Assembly: GCA_021777765.1 (NCBI GenBank)
Contig: JAJYDF010000039.1
Span: 1 to 30,898 of the forward strand
Reading direction: 5' to 3'
DNA length: 30,898 bases
Origin: Pseudomonadota bacterium
GTDB lineage: Bacteria; Pseudomonadota; Gammaproteobacteria; DASZBR01
Shown: piece after piece, positions 1 through 6,546 of the stretch
How the letters are laid out: the number at the start of each line of letters is the position of its first letter
Numbering within the stretch: the stretch's first letter is position 1
Program-made: the position numbers and the translations under genes
Notes under the pieces: model-generated
The model's input: the letters and a program-made list of their open reading frames with translations, nothing else
Told to the model about the DNA's origin: nothing
The model's database searches: none

Positions 1-48
1 AAATACCGTCTTGCGAGTTAACTGCAGTTAACTTGCAAGACGGTATTT
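1..48 (-). terminator. 48-bp near-perfect palindrome, likely a stem-loop terminator for the minus-strand gene ending at position 62
   Basis: AAATACCGTCTTGC (1-14) is the exact reverse complement of GCAAGACGGTATTT (35-48). The inner 20 nt (GAGTTAACTGCAGTTAACTT) is itself nearly palindromic. It lies 13 nt beyond the TAA stop of the 62..505 minus-strand ORF, and the minus transcript ends ...GGUAUUU at the window edge. Any further U-tract cannot be seen. Confidence 0.45.
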
Positions 49-61
49 GACCCCTTTAGTC

Positions 62-505
62 TTATTTAGTCGCAACACCATAATTGCCTGGCATTAAAGT
101 TCTGCCAGTACCAGTGCTATTTTTAACGCAGGTAATAACGGCTTTGGCATTATCAACTGTGGTAAGTACTAATCCATCAATGCCGTTATATCTACTATTA
201 GGATCGTGGTAGCTATTAAAATAAACGCTATTTACCTGAGTAACAGTGGTATTTAATACGCCATGTGTTTGAAACCCTGTGATCATTACTGCGCCATTAT
301 TCATGGCAACTTTATCAGTAGGATTTGCGCCAGTAATAGTGCAATAAAAAGGTAATGGATTTGCTGGTGTTGATGTTTGACCTAAATCGAGATAAGTAAT
401 AGGTCCAGCAGCATAGGCTTGTCCTAGCATTAATGACGATACAACCATGCTGGAGAGGCTAATAAATTTGATGATGTTTTTCATGATTAACTCCTGATTA
501 TCCAT
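62..505 (-). CDS. small secreted protein (147 aa), function unknown
   Basis: The ORF has a good RBS (CAGGAGTTAATC-ATG on the minus strand). Its N-terminus reads as a Sec signal peptide (MKNIIKFISLSSMVVSSLMLGQAYA/AGP). The mature part is Thr/Asn/Gly-rich with two Cys. I recognise no domain. Confidence 0.6.
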   Translation of the reverse strand: MDNQELIMKNIIKFISLSSMVVSSLMLGQAYAAGPITYLDLGQTSTPANPLPFYCTITGANPTDKVAMNNGAVMITGFQTHGVLNTTVTQVNSVYFNSYHDPNSRYNGIDGLVLTTVDNAKAVITCVKNSTGTGRTLMPGNYGVATK

Positions 506-570
506 AGTAAATTAATTATAATATACATAGTAAATGGGCTATAAGATCGAATTACTGTTCAACTGTATTG

Positions 571-599
571 CTGACAACCTTTAGCATTTTTGATATAAT
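571..599 (+). promoter_or_regulatory. candidate sigma70 promoter for the flotillin-like gene
   Basis: CTGACA (571-576), a 17-bp spacer, then TATAAT (594-599). This is about 65 nt upstream of the ATG at 663. Confidence 0.4.
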
Positions 600-662
600 G
601 CCAGTCTTTGTTTTCACATAATACAAATAGAAATATTAAACATTCAAAGATAGGTCATTGCC

Positions 663-2828
663 ATGATAGATAATATTAACACTTTATTTCCGCTTATATT
701 TTATTCCATTTCTGCCTTAATTATTCTCATCATTTTATATAATTCAATTGTTATTGTTGACGGTACTGAAGTTGCCGTATTAGAACGCCGTTGGTTTGGT
801 AAATCTATGCCAGAAGGTCGTGTGGTCGCGATGGCCAATGAAATTGGTATACAGGCCAGAATATTAGAGCCAGGATTACATTTATTAATTCCTTTTTTAT
901 ATCGTGTTATTAAAAAAGCTTTTGTAGTGATTGGTGAAAATGAAGTGGGTTTAGTCGATTCGATCGATGGAGAACCCGTACAAACAGGTCATATTTTTGC
1001 TCGTGCATTTAAAGAACATAATTTATTTCAAGATGGTGAAGCATTTTTGAAATTCCACGGACAAAAAGGACCGCAAGTACAAATTTTACCACCAGGAAAT
1101 TATCGAATTAATCCTTATTTATTTCAGGTGCAAAAAGTGCCTGCAATTAATGTGGGAAATAATCAAGTGGGTGTTATTGTTGCGACAGATGGTGACTCCA
1201 TTGATGCAGGTAGATTATTAGCTAAACGCGTTGCAAATCATAATAATTTCCAAGATGGTCAAGCATTCTTTGAAAATGGTGGTCAAAAAGGTCCGCAAAT
1301 AGATATTTTATTACCAGGTACATATCGAATTAATACCAAATTATTTCAAGTCACTGTAAAAGATGCGACGACAATTCCTGTAAAACAAGTGGGATTTGCA
1401 ACTGCAAAAGATGGTGAGCCATTACCAAAAACAGAATATATTGCCAAATCAATTGCAGGTCATAATGATTTCCAAGATGCCGCTGCATTTTTAGCAAATG
1501 GTGGACAACGTGGTCCGCAATTAGATTTTTTAAAACCAGGTACTTATTACATTAATCCATTAATGTTTGATATCGCACTCGATCAAGTATTAGAAGTGCA
1601 ACGTGGTGAAGTCGCCGTCATTGTTTCTAATATTGGTATCGATCCCACACAAATAAATAAAGATAATAATCAACCTGGTATTCCACCATTACAAGAAGGG
1701 GTTGAACGTTATGTTGTTTCTGCTGGATATCGTGGTATTCAGCGTGAAGTATTAGGCCCCGGTATTTATTATTTAAATAAATTAGCATTTATACCGCATA
1801 TTATTTCCACCACCAATATTACGATTGATTGGGCGATGGATAATGCATCTCAAAGTTCATCATTAGTAAATTCATCATTTACTAATGATGCAATTCGTGC
1901 AGCGGCTATTGCTAAAACAACAACAGCAACTGTTACCAAACCTATTCAAATTAAAAGTGCACGAGAATTTGATCCATTAAATATTGTGTCAAAAGATGGT
2001 TTTGAAATGTCTGTGGAAGTGAAAGTGATATTCCGTGTATTACCAGAACAAGCACCGCATATGGTAGCGCGTATTGGTACCATTGAAAATTTAATTGAGC
2101 ATGTGATTCATCCATTAATTGATAGTTCTTTCCGCAATCAAGCGTCATCTTCTGAAGCAATGCAATTCATGCAAGATCGCTATGAAGAACAAAGAAAAGC
2201 AGAAGATCATGTTGCAGAAGAATTGAAAAAATATTTTGTGGAATGTGTCAGTGTGTTAATTTGTCAAATTAAATTGCCTGATCGATTAATGCAAACATTG
2301 ACGGATAAAGTGGTCGCAAGCCAACAAAAAGCAATGTATGACTCACAACAAGAAGCGGAAGGCCGACGTGCAGAAATGGAAAAAACTAAAGCATTAGCGG
2401 ATTTACAACCTAATTTAGTGAAAGCAGAAATTGATGTACAAATTGCCACTCAACAAAAACAACAAAATATTATTTTAGCGGAAGGTAAAGGGCAGGCTAC
2501 TAAATTAGAACAAGAAGGTATTGCTGCAGGTATTGCTGCGGTAGGTCACGCAGAAGGTGAAAAAATCGCAGCAGTGGGTCAAGCGACCGCAGATGCTTAT
2601 ACGGAACAAGCAAAAGCATTAGGTCAGTATCCATTATCAATCATAGAAATTATGAAACAAGTCGCTGGTGGTAATGTCAAAATTACACCGGAAATTCTTG
2701 TGCAAAGTGGAAACGGATCTGAAGGCTCAAATTCCAATAATGTTTTATCAGCATTTATTGCGAGTTTAATGGCGAATAATAAATTAGTACAACAAGAAGA
2801 TTTAAAAGAAAAATCTACGACAAATTAA
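663..2828 (+). CDS. flotillin-like SPFH/band-7 family membrane protein (YqiK-like) with three internal tandem repeats
   Basis: There is an N-terminal TM helix (LIFYSISALIILIILYNSIVIV). An SPFH-like N-terminal segment follows (VAVLERRWFGK...ILEPGLHLLIPF). The C-terminal half has SPFH-like and flotillin-type features: EVKVIFRV..., then an Ala/Glu/Gln-rich coiled-coil 'EA-repeat' region (AEGRRAEMEKTKALADL...AAGIAAVGHAEGEKIAAVGQATADAYTEQAKALG). Architecture and length (721 aa) fit the bacterial flotillin/YqiK family. Confidence 0.75.
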   Translation: MIDNINTLFPLIFYSISALIILIILYNSIVIVDGTEVAVLERRWFGKSMPEGRVVAMANEIGIQARILEPGLHLLIPFLYRVIKKAFVVIGENEVGLVDSIDGEPVQTGHIFARAFKEHNLFQDGEAFLKFHGQKGPQVQILPPGNYRINPYLFQVQKVPAINVGNNQVGVIVATDGDSIDAGRLLAKRVANHNNFQDGQAFFENGGQKGPQIDILLPGTYRINTKLFQVTVKDATTIPVKQVGFATAKDGEPLPKTEYIAKSIAGHNDFQDAAAFLANGGQRGPQLDFLKPGTYYINPLMFDIALDQVLEVQRGEVAVIVSNIGIDPTQINKDNNQPGIPPLQEGVERYVVSAGYRGIQREVLGPGIYYLNKLAFIPHIISTTNITIDWAMDNASQSSSLVNSSFTNDAIRAAAIAKTTTATVTKPIQIKSAREFDPLNIVSKDGFEMSVEVKVIFRVLPEQAPHMVARIGTIENLIEHVIHPLIDSSFRNQASSSEAMQFMQDRYEEQRKAEDHVAEELKKYFVECVSVLICQIKLPDRLMQTLTDKVVASQQKAMYDSQQEAEGRRAEMEKTKALADLQPNLVKAEIDVQIATQQKQQNIILAEGKGQATKLEQEGIAAGIAAVGHAEGEKIAAVGQATADAYTEQAKALGQYPLSIIEIMKQVAGGNVKITPEILVQSGNGSEGSNSNNVLSAFIASLMANNKLVQQEDLKEKSTTN
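1014..1679 (+). repeat. three 222-bp (74-aa) in-frame tandem repeats inside the flotillin-like CDS
   Basis: Protein repeats are HNLFQDGEAFLKFHGQKGPQVQILPPGNYRINPYLFQV, HNNFQDGQAFFENGGQKGPQIDILLPGTYRINTKLFQV and HNDFQDAAAFLANGGQRGPQLDFLKPGTYYINPLMFDI. The DNA copies start near 1014, 1236 and 1458 and are clearly alignable by eye. Each repeat resembles the SPFH N-terminal strand segment (GIQARILEPGLHLLIPFLYRV). Confidence 0.8.
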
Positions 2829-2851
2829 TTTCAATATTTTCAATTTAACAC

Positions 2852-2926
2852 GTAGTGTGGATTAGGCCCCAGGCCGTAATCCACCTTTTCAATAATGGTG
2901 GATATAGTTTTCAATCTAATCCAACC
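2852..2926. repeat. degenerate copy of an ~80-bp compound palindromic (REP/MITE-like) element
   Basis: GTAGTGTGGATTAGGCCCCAGGCCGTAATCCACC, loop TTTTCAATAAT, then GGTGGAT...AATCTAATCCAACC. It shares a 31-nt string, GGATTAGGCCCCAGGCCGTAATCCACC, with the element at 4643..4724, but its right arm is decayed. Confidence 0.5.
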
Positions 2927-2975
2927 TTCCTTTTAATCACCTTAAATAAATGTCACAAACATAAAGGAAGCGCTC

Positions 2976-4592
2976 ATGATACAAAAAGATATTATCGATT
3001 TTATACAAAATTATATGCCCATCGCTATGAAACAAATTGAACAAAGTAGGGCGGATGGTCATTTGCAATATGCGGAAGATATTTTCATTAAATATAATGA
3101 CAAGGAAAAAATTGAAAAACTATTTCAATGTTCAATTGAGGAAATCTATCTCGGAATAACGACTTCTCCTTTTTTCACATCAGTCCCTTTTTTTAGAAAA
3201 TGGAATTACACATCGAAAAGCGGACGATTCTATTGTCTCAATAAAGGCATGAAAGCTTCAGATGCTTTAGATGATATCTTAAATAACAGTGTTACCTGTA
3301 TTGATTGTATTTTGGCTACGCATGTTGCTTGGTATTTGTGTATTAGAGCGTTACTCATTAAATTTCATGGCGAAATAGAAGGAAAAGCAAGGTTTAATGA
3401 TTTATTCGATGATGAGGTCATTAAATTCGTTATATCTCCATATGATGCTAATGGTGTTGTTGGGCATCGAAAATTAGAAACATGGTTCGCAGATAATTCA
3501 CTTCTAAGTTATTTTGCTGAACATCAGCCAAATAATTTGAATAATTATATGAAAGCCGCTGATGATCGTAATATAAGAATTGGTGATATTTTAGGTTTTT
3601 ATAATCATCTCGACTATCCCATCAAAAAGCCGGGTGAAGCTGATGGCGGTATATTTGTGGCATGTGTTGGTGTCGATCAATATATGGGTTTCGGACTTGG
3701 AATGAAACCAATGAGTGAGCGACAAATACATCATTTTTTAGCCGATGCTTATAATCGGCCATCACTTTTTGATACAAAGAATTGGTTACTCACTTTGAAA
3801 TTATTATATTTATCACAACATCCTAAAGACATTGGTAATGCAGTTGCGCAGATAACATCAAATGACGTAGCGGGATATAATACTGATACATTACGTAGAT
3901 TAAATGTTGAGAAATTAATGACATTGCTACAAGATCATCAGTTATCTAAAGCAAAAATAAAAGAATATTATGCTCATATGGAGCAAATGAAACGTAACGC
4001 TATAATGCTATCACATAATCATAAAGAGATAGTTGTTGATATATTTGCGTTATTTAATGAAACCATTTCTTATTTAAAATCTCATTTGAAAACTTTGAGT
4101 ATTAATAGTGCTGAATATAAAAAAACAGAAAAAGAGTTATATCTAACTCTAAAAAATTTAGCGTTTTTTAATTACATTGAGAAAAAAGATTATAAAGCGA
4201 GTATTTTATATTATCACGAAGCATTAGCTGGTTTTGAATCATTGCAATTAACAGATGATGCAAAGAGATGTCGTGATGCTATTAAACGAAGTGAAGAGGC
4301 GCAGCGTCAATTAGAATTATCGCAACAACAAACTAAGTCATCACGAAGTGTTTCACCTCACAGAGATAAATTACAAAATATTACCCATGTGGAATGGCGA
4401 AAATATTCACCCGGTGGAAAGGCATGTTATTTATTCCAAACTCATGATGAAAGAAAATCTATCGGTATTGCTAAATTGCTTAATGAAAATGGTATTAATG
4501 CATCAAATGCACTATTAGCAAAAGATAGTAAGCAAGATCAAAAAGACAGAGGTGAATTTGTAGTTAGGGTCAACGAATTTCAAATTAAATAA
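2976..4592 (+). CDS. hypothetical protein (538 aa), effector-like; no recognised domain
   Basis: Long ORF with a strong RBS (AAGGAAGCGCTC-ATG) and no TM or signal peptide. The N-terminal half has a Cys/His-containing segment (SVTCIDCILATHVAWYLC ... GFYNHLDY). The C-terminal part is a charged coiled-coil tail. It is bracketed by the two palindromic elements. Confidence 0.8.
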   Translation: MIQKDIIDFIQNYMPIAMKQIEQSRADGHLQYAEDIFIKYNDKEKIEKLFQCSIEEIYLGITTSPFFTSVPFFRKWNYTSKSGRFYCLNKGMKASDALDDILNNSVTCIDCILATHVAWYLCIRALLIKFHGEIEGKARFNDLFDDEVIKFVISPYDANGVVGHRKLETWFADNSLLSYFAEHQPNNLNNYMKAADDRNIRIGDILGFYNHLDYPIKKPGEADGGIFVACVGVDQYMGFGLGMKPMSERQIHHFLADAYNRPSLFDTKNWLLTLKLLYLSQHPKDIGNAVAQITSNDVAGYNTDTLRRLNVEKLMTLLQDHQLSKAKIKEYYAHMEQMKRNAIMLSHNHKEIVVDIFALFNETISYLKSHLKTLSINSAEYKKTEKELYLTLKNLAFFNYIEKKDYKASILYYHEALAGFESLQLTDDAKRCRDAIKRSEEAQRQLELSQQQTKSSRSVSPHRDKLQNITHVEWRKYSPGGKACYLFQTHDERKSIGIAKLLNENGINASNALLAKDSKQDQKDRGEFVVRVNEFQIK

Positions 4593-4642
4593 TTTGATGC
4601 ATCTACTGATTTACACCTTTTCACTAATGAATGCGAAGAATG

Positions 4643-4724
4643 TGTAGGATGGATTAGGCCCCAGGCCGTAATCCACCAAAATTGTAAAGGTGGATTACGG
4701 CCTGTGGCCTCATCCACCCTACAT
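4643..4724. repeat. 82-bp compound palindromic element (REP/MITE-like); possible bidirectional terminator
   Basis: Left arm GTGTAGGATGGATTAGGCCCCAGGCCGTAATCCACC, loop AAAATTGTAAA, right arm GGTGGATTACGGCCTGTGGCCTCATCCACCCTACAT. The arms are near-perfect reverse complements, and each arm also contains a nested palindrome. It lies 50 nt after the stop of the 2976..4592 ORF. Confidence 0.7.
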
Positions 4725-4735
4725 GTTATAACACT

Positions 4736-4938
4736 AAAACCAAGTTATTCATGACAGTAAAACCAAGTAATTTTGATCAATAAAACCAAGTAATTATATG
4801 GAAAAATCCTCATTTAGAGCCCTTTATTTCAGCGCTTATAGCCATAGTATAGTTATCCCCATTGCTTGACAGAACACTAAAACCAAGTTATTAAATACAT
4901 TAAAACCAAGTAATTCTATGCAACAAAACCAATTAAAT
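4736..4938 (+). promoter_or_regulatory. phased array of six 14-bp direct repeats (consensus AAAACCAAGTWATT) upstream of the Fic gene; candidate operator or iteron-like binding sites
   Basis: Copies sit at 4736, 4759, 4782 (cluster 1) and 4879, 4902, 4925 (cluster 2). Spacing within each cluster is exactly 23 bp. Sequences are AAAACCAAGTTATT, AAAACCAAGTAATT, AAAACCAAGTAATT, AAAACCAAGTTATT, AAAACCAAGTAATT and AAAACCAATTAAAT. The last copy ends 11 bp before the Fic ATG at 4949. Confidence 0.55.
4866..4894 (+). promoter_or_regulatory. candidate sigma70 promoter of the Fic gene, overlapped by repeat copy 4
   Basis: TTGACA (4866-4871), a 17-bp spacer, then TATTAA (4889-4894). The -10 overlaps the repeat at 4879-4892. 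Confidence 0.35.
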
Positions 4939-4948
4939 AGGTTGAGTT

Positions 4949-6475
4949 ATGGCAACTTCACAAGGCATTGCGGATGCCCTCATTAGGGTAAGAGCGCAAG
5001 CAGATAGCAGACATGCAGAGATCGTTAATACAAACGATATATTGCGTAATGATCGTCAATTATTGCTTAAAACTGGTTGGTTACAAGAAATTATTCGTGG
5101 ATGGTATATGCTAACCCGGCCTGATATTGCAACAGGTGATACCGCTGCTTGGGACGCTAATTTTTGGGATTTTGTGAAAATATATCTTGAAGATCGTTTT
5201 GGTGATGAATATTGTTTATCTGCTGAATCATCTCTTGATTTACATGTCGAAAATCCATCTACCCCAAAACAAGTTATCGTGATTGCTAAACAAGGAGCCG
5301 GGTTACGTACTTTAATGTATGACACATCATTATTAATTTATGCAGATACAAAAAATTTTCCAGAAGAAAGAGTAGAAAAACGAAATATTAATGTCATGAA
5401 TTTAGCGTATGCTTTGTGTAAAGTCGCTCCCACCTATTTTCGAAACAATCCAAGAGATGCGGAAATAGCATTAAAATCACTAAAAACAGTGGATGATATT
5501 ACGCGAGTCATTATTAAATATGATCTCAAAACTGCAGCTGCAAGAATAATTGGTGCTTATCAATTTCTACAAGATGATGAGACAGCAAATAAAATTAAAA
5601 ATGATTTAGAAAAAACTGGCATAACTGTAACACCAACAAATCCATTTCAAATTCAAACACCATTATTGGCATCAACAAGAATAACATCACCTTATACTGG
5701 ACGTATTCGTGCTATGTGGGTTCAAGGACGTAACGATGTTATCGCTAATTTTCCAGCGCCACCAGGCATACCACATAACAAAGATTTATATATGCAAAAA
5801 ATAGAAGATCTTTATCAATACGATGCTTATAACTCATTATCAATTGAGGGATATCAAGTAACTCCTGAGCTTATTAATCGTGTAAAAAATAATGATTGGA
5901 ATCCTGACTTTAATCAATTTGATGATAATGCAAAAAATGCGATGGCTGCAAAAGGATATTATGACGCTTTTCAACAAGTCAAAAGTTGTATTTCTAGAAT
6001 AATTGATGGAGAAAATGCAGCAAAAATAATAAAAGATAATTTACAACTATGGTATCAAAATTTATTTGGGCCATCTGCACATGCGGGCATTATTCCACCT
6101 GAATCATTATTTGGTTATCGTAATGATCGTGTTTATATTAGAAATTCACGTCATTCACCTCCACCGAAAGAAGCGGTTGTAGATGCAATGGAAGCGTTTT
6201 TTGATTGCATGGCAAATGAAACTCATCCTGCTGTAAATGCAATATTGGGTCATTATTTTTTTGTATATATTCATCCTTATATGGATGGTAATGGCCGAAT
6301 AGCAAGATTTATAATGAATGCGGCGTTAGCGTCTGGTGGTTATCCTTGGGCAGTTGTGCGTGTTGCAAATCGAAAGAAATATATTTCAATATTAGAAAAT
6401 ACGCATTTAAATTTTAATATGACTGATTTTACTTTATTTATTCATGAAGAAATGGATTCTGCAATAAAAAATTAA
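4949..6475 (+). CDS. Fic (Fido) domain protein with canonical AMPylation-type active-site motif
   Basis: The active-site motif HPYMDGNGRIAR (His codon 6272-6274) fits HxFx(D/E)GNGRxxR. An upstream candidate auto-inhibitory motif SLSIEG ([ST]xxxE[GN], Glu codon 5846-5848) sits ~146 aa N-terminal of the His. That placement is typical of class II Fic proteins. Confidence 0.9.
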   Translation: MATSQGIADALIRVRAQADSRHAEIVNTNDILRNDRQLLLKTGWLQEIIRGWYMLTRPDIATGDTAAWDANFWDFVKIYLEDRFGDEYCLSAESSLDLHVENPSTPKQVIVIAKQGAGLRTLMYDTSLLIYADTKNFPEERVEKRNINVMNLAYALCKVAPTYFRNNPRDAEIALKSLKTVDDITRVIIKYDLKTAAARIIGAYQFLQDDETANKIKNDLEKTGITVTPTNPFQIQTPLLASTRITSPYTGRIRAMWVQGRNDVIANFPAPPGIPHNKDLYMQKIEDLYQYDAYNSLSIEGYQVTPELINRVKNNDWNPDFNQFDDNAKNAMAAKGYYDAFQQVKSCISRIIDGENAAKIIKDNLQLWYQNLFGPSAHAGIIPPESLFGYRNDRVYIRNSRHSPPPKEAVVDAMEAFFDCMANETHPAVNAILGHYFFVYIHPYMDGNGRIARFIMNAALASGGYPWAVVRVANRKKYISILENTHLNFNMTDFTLFIHEEMDSAIKN

Positions 6476-6546
6476 AAAATCGAACAAAAAACTTTATATG
6501 GCTAAATAATCTCAATAATATTATTAATATATAAAAAGGTAAGCGC

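Noticed and set aside
1951-2449. Minus-strand ORFs 1951..2160 and 2264..2449 inside the flotillin-like gene
   Set aside because: They are fully embedded antisense in a well-supported 721-aa CDS, with no RBS and low-complexity products. Frame-shadow ORFs.
2855-3040. ORF 2855..3040 (61 aa)
   Set aside because: It starts inside the palindromic repeat element and overlaps the start of the well-supported 2976..4592 CDS in another frame. Spurious.
4736-4938. Possible CRISPR array, given the regularly spaced direct repeats
   Set aside because: The repeats are only 14 bp with 9-bp spacers, there are only six copies in two blocks, and no cas genes are present. They sit in a promoter region. They are regulatory or iteron-like, not CRISPR.
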